Assembly: GCA_910587655.1 (NCBI GenBank)
Contig: CAJUND010000011.1
Span: 58,425 to 122,424 of the forward strand
Direction of reading: 5' to 3'
Source: an uncultured Agathobacter sp.
GTDB taxonomy: Bacteria > Bacillota > Clostridia > Lachnospirales > Lachnospiraceae
Length of the DNA stretch: 64,000 nt
In this document: positions 10,477-20,271 of the stretch, one piece after another
How positions within the stretch are numbered: the stretch's first letter is position 1
Layout: each line of letters starts with the position of its first letter
The notes under the pieces: generated by a model
What the model saw: the letters and a program-made list of their open reading frames with translations, nothing else
Databases searched by the model: none
Told to the model about the DNA's origin: nothing
Program-made: the position numbers and the translations under genes

Positions 10477-12144
10477 ATGCTACAAAATCTACATTTGAAA
10501 AATCTGGCTTTAATTGACGAAACAGAGGTTGAATTTAACGATGGACTTAATATTTTATCGGGTGAAACCGGAGCAGGAAAATCAATTATTATCGGCTCCA
10601 TTAACCTGGCACTTGGGGAGAAAGTTTCTAAAGAGTTATTAAGGGACAACGGTGAAACAGCACTGGTGGAACTGGTCTTTTTTGTGGAAAATCCTGCCGT
10701 TCTGGATGAAATCCGGGCAATGGACATAGAAGTGGAGGATGAAACGGTTATATTAAGCCGTAAAATAACTTCCGGGCGTGCAGTGGCAAGAATCAATGGT
10801 GAAGCAGTATCCGTTTCAAAAATGAAGGCTGTTGCATCGCTTTTAATAGATATCCACGGCCAGCATGAACACCAGTCCCTGTTATCTCCTAAAAAACATC
10901 TGGAGCTTCTCGATGAATTTGCAAAGGAGTCCCTTGGGAATAAAAAAGAAAAACTCCGCGCATGTTTCCAGGAATACCGTAAGCTGCATGAGGAATGGGA
11001 AAATTCCAGAATGGATACAGGGGAACGGGCAAAGGAACTTTCGTTTCTGGAATATGAAGTCAAGGAAATCGGGGAGGCGCAGCTGACACCCGGTGAGGAT
11101 GAAGAACTGGAAAAGCGTTTCCGCAGATTTTTAAATGGAAAAAAAATCATGGATGCCGTTGAAATTGCAGACGCCGCCATATGTGGAGAGGGAGAAAGCG
11201 CCTCCGGGCTGGTCGGAAGGGCACTCAGGGAGCTGACAGCTGTTGCTTCCGCTGACGAGCGTGTAGAGGAAATGCAAAAGCAGCTTATGGATATAGATGC
11301 TCTGCTTGGCGACTTTGTCCACGAACTGGGGGCATACCGTGCCAGTGAGGAGTTTGATGATGAAACATATTATGAAACAGAAAAACGCCTGGACACCATT
11401 AACCACCTGAAATCAAAGTATGGAAATACTATTTCGGAAATTCTTGATGCCTGTGAGGAGAAAACAAAGAGAATTGCTGTTTTAAATGATTACGATGAAT
11501 ATCTGAATAAACTTTCGGCAAATCTGAAAGAAAAGGAAAAACAGCTGGAAAAACTCTGCGCGGAGGTATCTGACATACGGAAAAAAGAAAGCAGGAAACT
11601 GGCGGACGCAGTTGCTGCTGCGCTTGCTGATTTAAATTTTCTGGATGTTTCATTTTCCATGGATTTCAGGCAGACAGACTTTACAGCAAACGGAACTGAC
11701 GAAATGGAATTTCTGATTTCGACCAATCCCGGCGAACCGTTAAAACCGCTTGCCAAAATAGCTTCCGGAGGAGAACTGTCCAGAATTGCCCTTGCGGTGA
11801 AAACCGTAATGGCTGCAGATTCCATCGGAACACTGATTTTTGATGAGATTGACAGCGGAATCAGTGGCAGGACGGCACAGATGGTGTCAGAAAAAATGAA
11901 TTTTCTTGCAAAAGACCACCAGATAATTTCCATTACACACCTTCCGCAGATTGCAGCCATGGCAGATGCACATTTTTTAATTGAAAAATCAGTGGAAAAA
12001 CAGTCCACAGTATCCAGAATTCACCGTCTGGACGAAGAGGAAAGTGTAAGGGAACTTGCAAGAATGCTTGGCGGTGTTGAAATTACAGATACTGTACTTA
12101 TGAGCGCCCGTGAAATGAAAACGATGGCACACATGAAAAAATAA
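10477..12144 (+). CDS. recN: DNA repair protein RecN
   Basis: SGETGAGKSII Walker A, IHGQHEH, ASGGELSR signature, IFDEID Walker B, THLPQIAA. Confidence 0.96.
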   Translation: MLQNLHLKNLALIDETEVEFNDGLNILSGETGAGKSIIIGSINLALGEKVSKELLRDNGETALVELVFFVENPAVLDEIRAMDIEVEDETVILSRKITSGRAVARINGEAVSVSKMKAVASLLIDIHGQHEHQSLLSPKKHLELLDEFAKESLGNKKEKLRACFQEYRKLHEEWENSRMDTGERAKELSFLEYEVKEIGEAQLTPGEDEELEKRFRRFLNGKKIMDAVEIADAAICGEGESASGLVGRALRELTAVASADERVEEMQKQLMDIDALLGDFVHELGAYRASEEFDDETYYETEKRLDTINHLKSKYGNTISEILDACEEKTKRIAVLNDYDEYLNKLSANLKEKEKQLEKLCAEVSDIRKKESRKLADAVAAALADLNFLDVSFSMDFRQTDFTANGTDEMEFLISTNPGEPLKPLAKIASGGELSRIALAVKTVMAADSIGTLIFDEIDSGISGRTAQMVSEKMNFLAKDHQIISITHLPQIAAMADAHFLIEKSVEKQSTVSRIHRLDEEESVRELARMLGGVEITDTVLMSAREMKTMAHMKK

Positions 12145-12157
12145 AAATGTGGGATAC

Positions 12158-12266
12158 TATGTAATATTCCTGTAAAGCAGGAATGTTACCCACGCAAATC
12201 ATTTCGCAGGGCGAATTGTAATATGATTTGCTCCATATGTAATATTCCTGCAAAGCAGGAATGTTA
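12158..12266. repeat. REP/BIME-like composite: two 31-bp palindromic direct repeats around a self-complementary 47-bp core
   Basis: TATGTAATATTCCTG(T/C)AAAGCAGGAATGTTA at 12158 and 12236; core contains GCAAATCAT...ATGATTTGC. Confidence 0.8.
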
Positions 12267-12289
12267 TTTATTGTTTAGGAGAATTTGGC

Positions 12290-13567
12290 ATGCGCTCATT
12301 ATATCTTACATTTTTTAAAAATATAACCTGGATTTACCTTTGTGTCCTATGCTGTTTTGCGTACCATACAATGCTTGATGCAATTCCGGACCATGTGTAT
12401 CTGGAGGAGGGGCAGAAACTTACGCTTGACCAGAAATTACCGGTGCAGCTTGGCATATCCACGGAAGACGGGCAGACAGTAATGGCAGTGGGGATGAGTA
12501 CATTTGAGAATATCCGTGAGAGAAAAAACGGCTCTGTTTCTGCTGGATTTGGAATTGGAGAGCATACGCTGACATGTTATCTGCTTGGAATTCTGCCGGT
12601 AAAGGAAGTGGCAGTATCCGTGGTTCCCAGCCAGAGCCTGTATACGGGCGGGTATGTGATTGGTATTTACGGCGCCACCCAGGGGGTTCTGGTGCTTGGG
12701 AGCAATCCGGTTGAAACGCTGGATGGTTCATACCGCGAGCCGGCGGAAAATATTGTGTTTGCAGGGGATTATATTACAGCAGTCAACGGTCAGGAGATAA
12801 AAGAAAAAGAAGAATTAATTTCTGCAATCAAAGAACGCGGCGCTTTTCCCATGGTTCTCACCCTGTGGCGTGGAAACGAGCAGATTGATGTGTCGGTAGA
12901 GGCGGTGGAAACAAAGGATTCCTATATGCTTGGTTTATGGGTAAAAGACGATATGGCAGGAATTGGAACCCTGACGTATTATGATTCCCATGCCGGATTT
13001 GGGGCGCTCGGACACGGAATTGGAGACGGGGAAACCGGTGATTTGCTGCGCCTTTCCCGCGGAAGCCTTTACCAGGCGGATATCATCGGAATAAAAAAGG
13101 GGAAACGCGGCAGCCCCGGTGAACTGGAGGGGGTTGTATATTATGGAAAGAAGAACCGGCTTGGAAGTGTTTCGAGCAATACGGACATTGGAATCTACGG
13201 GACACTGTCGGCTTCATATTGTGAGACCTTAAAGAACACGGATAATACCTGTGCAGTATGTTACAAGCAGGATGTAAATGAAGGTGAGGCTGAAATACTT
13301 TCTGATGTTTCCGGCGAGCTTCGAACATACCGGGTAGTCATAGATTCCCTGGATTATACTCCGAATGACCGGAACAAGGGCATCCGTTTTCATGTTGTGG
13401 ATGAAGACCTCCTGAGCCTTACAGGAGGAATTGTGCAGGGACTTTCCGGTTCTCCCATTCTTCAGGATGGGAAGCTGGTCGGGGCGGTTACGCATGTGCT
13501 GGTAAACGACCCGGAGAAAGGGTATGGGATATTTATTGAGAATATGCTGAATAATGCTGGAAATTAG
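12290..13567 (+). CDS. spoIVB: SpoIVB peptidase (S55, PDZ)
   Basis: LGLWVKDDMAGIGTLTY, GALGHGI, TGGIVQGLSGSPILQDGKLVGAVTHVLVNDP; follows recN. Confidence 0.92.
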   Translation: MRSLYLTFFKNITWIYLCVLCCFAYHTMLDAIPDHVYLEEGQKLTLDQKLPVQLGISTEDGQTVMAVGMSTFENIRERKNGSVSAGFGIGEHTLTCYLLGILPVKEVAVSVVPSQSLYTGGYVIGIYGATQGVLVLGSNPVETLDGSYREPAENIVFAGDYITAVNGQEIKEKEELISAIKERGAFPMVLTLWRGNEQIDVSVEAVETKDSYMLGLWVKDDMAGIGTLTYYDSHAGFGALGHGIGDGETGDLLRLSRGSLYQADIIGIKKGKRGSPGELEGVVYYGKKNRLGSVSSNTDIGIYGTLSASYCETLKNTDNTCAVCYKQDVNEGEAEILSDVSGELRTYRVVIDSLDYTPNDRNKGIRFHVVDEDLLSLTGGIVQGLSGSPILQDGKLVGAVTHVLVNDPEKGYGIFIENMLNNAGN

Positions 13568-13579
13568 GAGGGATATACG

Positions 13580-15190
13580 ATGAAATTTGATAAAAATGAT
13601 GAAATGTCGCCTTTTACAAAGAAAGTAATGGGAGCATTTAACTTTTGTGGGGATAAACTGCTTCAAATAAGCAGGAAAACGGACACGGTACCTGGTAAAA
13701 TACCTGAGGTATTGTTTCTTATTTTGTTTGCAGTATGCTATTCCCTGGTTCTGGCTGTTCATGAACCGGGAATGGATGTACTTTTATCGTTGCAGCTTGC
13801 AAAGAATTTATCGGTTGCAGAGCTGCTGTTTCAGCTGCCGCATGAGCAGTTTTGTCCGCCGCTCTGGAACCTTATTCTGGTGCCGTTTGCAAAATCCGGT
13901 GCAGCGCCTGCGGTATTTTCTGTTATTGGCCTTGTTTTTGCGGTTCTGACTGCCGCTCTGATACTTTTTCGGGCGCCGTTTCCGAGAATGGTGCGTTTGT
14001 TTCTTCCATTTACATATTTTCTGTTTTTTCAGTACGGGGTTGCCGCGGACAATTATCATCTGGTAACACTTGGTTTTATAACTGTGTCCCTTACATATAA
14101 CATGCGGGATACGAGACCCGGAATCTATACCCTGTGCCTCCTGCTTCTTGGACTGTCGGGCACTTACGGGCTTGTTGCGGCACTGGGACTTGCCCTTGTC
14201 CGGGGGTGTGAGCTTATAAAAAAACGCAGGGCGGGAAAACAGACGGCCTGCCTGCTGGTATTTTTTGCCGCTGCGGTCTGTACGGTAATCATGATTATTC
14301 CGCATGGGGAACTGCCTGCCATGGGAAGCGGGAAGGACATAATGGTAAAGATTCTGTATCTGCCCTTTGCCATTCTGGCAGACGCATTTCTGACAAATAC
14401 ATTTTATCTGAACACTTCACTGGCTGCAGAATCTGTCAGGGGTTCATTCCTTGCGGTGTCAGTACTTTTTGGAATCATTATGCTGTCAGTGATATTCTGT
14501 ATCGGCAGAAAGAAAAAAACGGCCGGGGCGTTTTTTGTTCCCTATATCCTGTTTGTATTATTTTCAATGGTTATGGGAATTGGGAGGAAACATACAGGAA
14601 CTGCGTTTCTGCTTGTGCTTTTCTGGCTGTGGATTACCTGTGCAGTCCGCGGAGAGGAAACGGCAGAGGATGTATCTTTTGTACATATCAGGGAACGGGA
14701 CAGGAGGGCGTTAAAAAGCGCGTCCGTTCTTGGGGTGGTGATTGTTTTTGCCATAAATCTGTACTGGACATTTTCTGCGTGTGCGCATGACATTAGAAAG
14801 GAATATGAAATCGGGCGCAGGGAAGCGGAATTTTTGAAAGAACATAAGCTGGGTGACCGTACCATTATGTCCAGCGGTTCCTGCACATATACGCTTGCCC
14901 CGTACCTGGAAAACGGACGGCTGGGGGATGATTCGGATGAAATGGAAAATCTGGCAAAATGGGACAGTCTGGGGCAGCCGGATGTTTTATACATGGGACC
15001 CGATATCACGAAGGTCTGGGATGAAGCGGAGACGGCGGGGTGGGAATATACACTGGTGTATCTGGAAGCAGTGGAAACCATATGGAAAACAGAGAGCGAT
15101 TACCAGGTGGCTTCCATATACGTAAAAAGTGACCTTGCCAGGGAACTTGGGCTGGATGAAATTACAAATGTTTACCCTGAGATTCGATAA
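13580..15190 (+). CDS. Polytopic membrane protein, possibly GT-C-fold glycosyltransferase-like
   Basis: About 11-12 hydrophobic segments plus a soluble C-terminus; HEP..D / PPLW first-loop pattern; GGAGG RBS. Confidence 0.55.
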   Translation: MKFDKNDEMSPFTKKVMGAFNFCGDKLLQISRKTDTVPGKIPEVLFLILFAVCYSLVLAVHEPGMDVLLSLQLAKNLSVAELLFQLPHEQFCPPLWNLILVPFAKSGAAPAVFSVIGLVFAVLTAALILFRAPFPRMVRLFLPFTYFLFFQYGVAADNYHLVTLGFITVSLTYNMRDTRPGIYTLCLLLLGLSGTYGLVAALGLALVRGCELIKKRRAGKQTACLLVFFAAAVCTVIMIIPHGELPAMGSGKDIMVKILYLPFAILADAFLTNTFYLNTSLAAESVRGSFLAVSVLFGIIMLSVIFCIGRKKKTAGAFFVPYILFVLFSMVMGIGRKHTGTAFLLVLFWLWITCAVRGEETAEDVSFVHIRERDRRALKSASVLGVVIVFAINLYWTFSACAHDIRKEYEIGRREAEFLKEHKLGDRTIMSSGSCTYTLAPYLENGRLGDDSDEMENLAKWDSLGQPDVLYMGPDITKVWDEAETAGWEYTLVYLEAVETIWKTESDYQVASIYVKSDLARELGLDEITNVYPEIR

Positions 15191-15214
15191 AAGGATAATC
15201 ATGGATTCCAAACA

Positions 15215-17119
15215 TTATTCCGGAATCCATAATTCCGGATGTTTAGGGCTGCCATTAAAAAGCAGGTCGTAGTCAATAACCTTAAAATGGCGGATGGCTT
15301 CAGTTTGTTCTTCATTATAGCTGTTTACCGGATTCCCTTCGGCATCCTCCACGAGTTTTCGGGTGTTTGATTTAAGTATGCTGCGTTCATATGTGAGAAT
15401 CCGGGTCATTTTTGTCTCCGGAAGCTTGGCATAATTAATCAGCATTTGTGGTAAATAGTTAATATTTTCACCCGAAAAGCTGATTTTTTCATTATTGCAG
15501 TTACTCCACATCAGGACAGGAACGGAATACTGTTTTTTTAGTGTGTTATAATCATAACCGTTTAGCCCAATTGCTTCCAGGGATTTTTCCCGAAAGCTTG
15601 GGATATGGTCACCATACATCAGAAGAATTACTGGTTCGTCGGATTTCTCGAAATAAGAAACAAGCTTTGCAAAAGCCTGGTTTGATAAATATATTCCGTT
15701 AATGGCATTGATTAAATTCCTGAGTTCTGTTTCCTGCAGCGAGATGTCCTTTACATTTACAGAAATGGGATAATTATAATTTTTATCTATTTTGTTTTTG
15801 TAATCAAGGTAAAGCACATGGCTTGCAATGGATACGGAAAAAATAAATTTGTTTTTTGAGGTGCTGTTTTCATATTCCTTTATAATTTGTTTTACCAGGC
15901 TCTCATCCGAAATATAACGGGAATAAGTGTCTTTATAGTCCATGTCGGAATCAAAGACCATTCTATCAAAGCCGAAATTCGGGTATATTTTATCTCTGCC
16001 GTAAAATTCTTTGTAATATGGGTGAATTGCAATGGTTTCATAGTCGAGAGCATGAAAATAATCCACAAGGGAAGGGACTTTCCGTTTTTGCAGTTCGTCA
16101 GATATTCCTGCATCCGTTGCAAAATACTTGGTGTTTATGCCTGTCAGAAACTCACATTCGGAGCAGATGGTTCCTCCGCCAAAAATATTGGAGGAAAGAT
16201 AGCCGGAAGAACATGTTTTGGCAAGTTCCTTATATGGAGACATCGGATCAGCGGAAAGAGTGATGTGATTGTCTGAAATATAATCTGTATTCCACCATGA
16301 TTCGTTCATAATGGCGATTATGGTTGGGTATGTTTCGGCTTCGGCACTGGCAGAAGCATTTTTAGTTTTTTCCTTAAAATACTTATAACTATCTTCTGTG
16401 TTTTCGATGGAAATATTAGAATATTTGTCATTTTTCAGAAAAGAAAACAGGACATACCTGTCATTATGGAAATTATTAGTATCAACTGTCTGTTGTGTAT
16501 TATCCTGGGTTTTCATAAAATTTTGAGTATGGCAAAAGAGCATAACAAGGCATCCGCATCCGGCAATAATACGGATTACAGTTACTGGAATCTTATTATA
16601 ATCTTTCACGGACATCGGAAACTGGTATTTTTTACATAATTTATCAGACAAAATTCCGCAGAAACATATAAAAAGGGTAGAGATGACGGTAAAAATATGT
16701 GCATATGTAAAATCAAACTTCAAATAATGAAATGCTATTCCTGCTGCCTCCGTAAGTTTCAGGTCATCTAACCGAAAGAGCTCATTACGGGCATCATATT
16801 TAATGCTGCTTACATGTGCAAGCAGTAGCACAGGAAGATAAGAGCAGCATATGGCAGCTCCCATTCTTTTACTGAAAAGCAGAACTGAAATGGCAAACAA
16901 AAATACAAGTGAGGTTTCAAAGTCATAGTACATCTCTCCGATACTATCCAGAAGGAAATGAAAAAAACCTCCGTCTGGCTGCAGCAGATAATAATCTGCA
17001 AGACACGGAAGAAGGGAAATGGAAATTATGAAAAATCCATACGAAATAATGCGGATACAGACAGCAGGACGTGAGCCTGGGCTGGTGGTCTGTTCAGTGT
17101 TCTTTTTTAAAATGTTCAT
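15215..17119 (-). CDS. LTA synthase / alkaline-phosphatase superfamily membrane transferase
   Basis: About 5 N-terminal TM helices then MNESWW, GGGTICSECEFLTG (nucleophile Thr), HPY, YGDH. Confidence 0.8.
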   Translation of the reverse strand: MNILKKNTEQTTSPGSRPAVCIRIISYGFFIISISLLPCLADYYLLQPDGGFFHFLLDSIGEMYYDFETSLVFLFAISVLLFSKRMGAAICCSYLPVLLLAHVSSIKYDARNELFRLDDLKLTEAAGIAFHYLKFDFTYAHIFTVISTLFICFCGILSDKLCKKYQFPMSVKDYNKIPVTVIRIIAGCGCLVMLFCHTQNFMKTQDNTQQTVDTNNFHNDRYVLFSFLKNDKYSNISIENTEDSYKYFKEKTKNASASAEAETYPTIIAIMNESWWNTDYISDNHITLSADPMSPYKELAKTCSSGYLSSNIFGGGTICSECEFLTGINTKYFATDAGISDELQKRKVPSLVDYFHALDYETIAIHPYYKEFYGRDKIYPNFGFDRMVFDSDMDYKDTYSRYISDESLVKQIIKEYENSTSKNKFIFSVSIASHVLYLDYKNKIDKNYNYPISVNVKDISLQETELRNLINAINGIYLSNQAFAKLVSYFEKSDEPVILLMYGDHIPSFREKSLEAIGLNGYDYNTLKKQYSVPVLMWSNCNNEKISFSGENINYLPQMLINYAKLPETKMTRILTYERSILKSNTRKLVEDAEGNPVNSYNEEQTEAIRHFKVIDYDLLFNGSPKHPELWIPE

Positions 17120-17290
17120 GAAAATATCATCCTTTATGTGTTTTTTTGAGATGAAAACAGTATATCAGTATATAAAAGAGATGTAAAGCATGCCTGAGAC
17201 GGTTCTGCAGCCAGTGAAAAATGAAGTTGCAAAATTGAGACAAAAAATGAATAAACTTTGAACAAATCGTAAAAAAAGCACAAAATTTTG

Positions 17291-17319
17291 TTGCATTTAT
17301 AAATGAAAATAGTTATAAT
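17291..17319 (+). promoter_or_regulatory. sigmaA-type promoter of the pilus operon
   Basis: TTGCAT-17 bp-TATAAT about 50 bp upstream of the pilB start. Confidence 0.65.
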
Positions 17320-17370
17320 GTTCATAAGACAAAAGGGAATTTGCATACATAGGTATTGCAGGAGGAAGAT

Positions 17371-19086
17371 ATGCCGATAAGAAAGGAGAAGAAGCGTCTC
17401 GGAGACATGCTGATCGATGAGGGGCTGATTACAGAAGAACAGCTTGTAAAAGCGTTAAAGACGGCCAAAGAGTCAGGCAAGCGCATTGGTGAATCGCTGG
17501 TAGAAGGCGGTTATACCACGGATGGAGATATAATGATGGCTTTGTCCAGACAGCTTGGAATTGATACGACATCTCTTGTAGGGGTTCAGATTCCTGATGA
17601 GATGTTAAGTCTTGCAAACGGCAGTATGCTTCGCAAACACCGCATGGTTCCGCTTGAATTTTATAATGGAAATATGAATGTTGTCCTGATGGCAATGGCG
17701 GATCCTATGGATATGGTTGCGATTGATGATTTTCATATCGTTACTAATCTTGAAGTGGAGCCGATTCTTGCCCTGCCGACGGAAATTATGGTGACGCTGG
17801 ATCGGTATTTTGGTGACAGCGATACCATGCAGGCGGCAGAAAAGTATGCAGAAGAAAGAAAAAAAGCTGAGGCTGCAAGCAGAGGGGAAGCAAACGAAGA
17901 AGATTTAAGCAAGTCCCCGATAGTTCAGCTTGTTAAGACGATGATAGAACAGGGGGCAAGACAGCATGCTTCCGATATACATGTAGAAGCCCTTGAGCGG
18001 GTGGTTCGTGTCCGCTACAGAATAGACGGGGCGCTTTATGAAAAATTTTCCTATGATATTCATCTGCTTCCGGCGATTATTGCCAGACTGAAAATTATTG
18101 GAGGAATGGATATTTCAGAAAAACGTAAACCGCAGGACGGGCGTATTACCATGATTGTGGACCGCACGGAATACGACATTCGTGCATCCATACTTCCCAC
18201 AGTGTATGGTGAAAAATGCGTAATGCGACTGGCACAGAAAAAAATGCTTACCAGAAATAAAAGTGAGCTGGGGTTTACGCCGTATGAGATGCAGCAGTTT
18301 GATAATATATTAAAAAACCCAAATGGAATTATACTCGTAACAGGACCGACTGGTAGCGGTAAGTCCACCACGTTGTATACAGCGCTGAGCGAGCTGAATA
18401 AAGAAGATGTGAATATCATCACGGTAGAAGACCCGGTGGAGGCAAATATCGACGGGATTAACCAGGTTCAGACAAATGATAAGGCGGGATTGAGCTTTGC
18501 ATCCGCACTCCGGTCTATTTTAAGGCAGGATCCGGATATTATCATGATTGGAGAGATTCGAGACGGCGAGACGGCGGGGATTGCTGTACAGGCATCTATT
18601 ACAGGACATCTTGTGGTAAGCACGCTGCATACGAACAGTTCTGCCGGTACACTGACCCGTCTGATGGATATGGGGATAGAAAGTTATCTGCTGGCGGACT
18701 CTGTGGTCGGGGTGATTGCGCAGCGTCTGGTGAGACGGCTTTGCGAGAAATGCAAAGAAGAGTATGATGCAACTCCGCAGGAGAAGAAGCTGCTGGGGCT
18801 GCCTCCGGAGCAGGCGTTAAAGCTGTACAGACCATGCGGCTGCGGGCATTGCAATCAGACCGGGTATAAAGGCAGAATCGGTGTTTATGAGATTATGACA
18901 ATTACGCCTAAAGTCAGGCAGGCGATTACAAGAAGCGGCAGCACAGAGGATATAAAAAATGCGGCTTTGTCGGAAGGGATGCATACTCTGCGTATGAGTT
19001 CGTCAGCAATGGCAATCCGCGGGGTGACATCTTTTAGCGAAATGCTTAAGGTTTCCTTTGATAATGATGCGCCTTTGGATTTATAG
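17371..19086 (+). CDS. pilB: Type IV pilus assembly ATPase with N-terminal MshEN domain
   Basis: RLGDML..GLI MshEN repeats, ASDIHVE, GPTGSGKST, LRQDPDIIMIGEIRD, CxxC...CxxC Zn motif; GGAGG RBS before ATG 17371. Confidence 0.94.
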   Translation: MPIRKEKKRLGDMLIDEGLITEEQLVKALKTAKESGKRIGESLVEGGYTTDGDIMMALSRQLGIDTTSLVGVQIPDEMLSLANGSMLRKHRMVPLEFYNGNMNVVLMAMADPMDMVAIDDFHIVTNLEVEPILALPTEIMVTLDRYFGDSDTMQAAEKYAEERKKAEAASRGEANEEDLSKSPIVQLVKTMIEQGARQHASDIHVEALERVVRVRYRIDGALYEKFSYDIHLLPAIIARLKIIGGMDISEKRKPQDGRITMIVDRTEYDIRASILPTVYGEKCVMRLAQKKMLTRNKSELGFTPYEMQQFDNILKNPNGIILVTGPTGSGKSTTLYTALSELNKEDVNIITVEDPVEANIDGINQVQTNDKAGLSFASALRSILRQDPDIIMIGEIRDGETAGIAVQASITGHLVVSTLHTNSSAGTLTRLMDMGIESYLLADSVVGVIAQRLVRRLCEKCKEEYDATPQEKKLLGLPPEQALKLYRPCGCGHCNQTGYKGRIGVYEIMTITPKVRQAITRSGSTEDIKNAALSEGMHTLRMSSSAMAIRGVTSFSEMLKVSFDNDAPLDL

Positions 19087-19143
19087 CTGGAAAAGGGAAT
19101 GCTTTTTGGCTGTTACACTTTGATAGAAAGCTGAGGGGGAGTT

Positions 19144-20238
19144 ATGGAAGAGGTTTTGAATGGGGATTATCTGACCAGTATGACGGCGGAGGGGATATTA
19201 AGATATTCTTCTGAACATCATGCGTCAGATATTCATCTTGCTCCGAATTGTCCGCTGATGATCAGGATAGACGGAATGATGACAAAAGTAACTGAATTTC
19301 CACTGACGGCAGAGATGATTGAGCGTGTTCTTGAAGAAATGATAGATGAGGAACAGTGGAAGATACTGGAACATGACGGTGAGCTTGACTGTGCTTATTC
19401 CTGTCCGGGCTATGCAAGGGTCAGGGTGAATGCTTTCAAGCAGCGGGGCGGTTACAGTCTTGCACTCCGAATATTATCCGTATCAATTCCGACGCCGCAG
19501 CAGCTGGGTCTGCCAAATTCGGTTGTTGATTTGACAAACAGACGAAGGGGGCTGGTACTGGTAACCGGAGCAACGGGTTCCGGCAAATCCACCACACTGG
19601 CTTCCTTGATACATATTATAGCGACAACTTACCAGAAAAATATTATTACGCTGGAAGATCCAATCGAGTATCTCCATGACCACAGTATGTCGATGGTGAC
19701 CCAGCGTGAGATTGGAAGTGATTCTGCGAGTTATGCAAGTGCGGTTCGTGCAGCGCTCCGCGAAGATCCGGATGTGATTCTTGTAGGAGAGATGCGTGAT
19801 CTTGAAACGATTTCAACAGCTATTACGGCGGCAGAAACCGGGCATCTTGTGTTTTCCACGCTGCATACAAACAGCGCGGCAGATGCGGTAGACCGTGTCA
19901 TTGATGTGTTTCCGCCGCACCAGCAGCAGCAGATTCGCATTCAGTTTGCCGGAGTTATAGAGGGAATTATTGCACAGCAGCTTTTGCCGCGTAAGGATGG
20001 CGGACGCTCTGGTGCATTTGAAGTCCTGATAGCAAATGCGGCAATTCGTAATCTGATTCGTGAAGGAAAATCATTCCAGATTCCGACCATGATACAGACT
20101 GGTAAAAAAGAAGGAATGCAGGGAATGGATGACTGCATTTATGATTTATTGATGTCAAACCATATTGACAGGCAGACGGCAATCGCCTACGCACAGGACC
20201 AGCCGGGAATGGAGCGGCGTTCTGCAACATATTACTAG
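19144..20238 (+). CDS. pilT: Type IV pilus retraction ATPase
   Basis: GATGSGKSTT, ALREDPDVILVGEMRD, AAETGHLV, AIRNLIRE motif. Confidence 0.95.
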   Translation: MEEVLNGDYLTSMTAEGILRYSSEHHASDIHLAPNCPLMIRIDGMMTKVTEFPLTAEMIERVLEEMIDEEQWKILEHDGELDCAYSCPGYARVRVNAFKQRGGYSLALRILSVSIPTPQQLGLPNSVVDLTNRRRGLVLVTGATGSGKSTTLASLIHIIATTYQKNIITLEDPIEYLHDHSMSMVTQREIGSDSASYASAVRAALREDPDVILVGEMRDLETISTAITAAETGHLVFSTLHTNSAADAVDRVIDVFPPHQQQQIRIQFAGVIEGIIAQQLLPRKDGGRSGAFEVLIANAAIRNLIREGKSFQIPTMIQTGKKEGMQGMDDCIYDLLMSNHIDRQTAIAYAQDQPGMERRSATYY

Positions 20239-20271
20239 ATATAGGATATATATCATGATGAGGAGAGAATA

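Noticed and set aside
12158..12266. Mini CRISPR array
   Set aside because: Only two repeats, the 47-bp spacer is itself a hairpin, and there are no cas genes or leader; kept as a REP-like element
17120..17370. c-di-GMP riboswitch upstream of the pilus operon, as in C. difficile
   Set aside because: No class I (GGCAAA..GAAA..GACGCAAAGC) or class II motif visible, and the predicted leader is only about 45 nt
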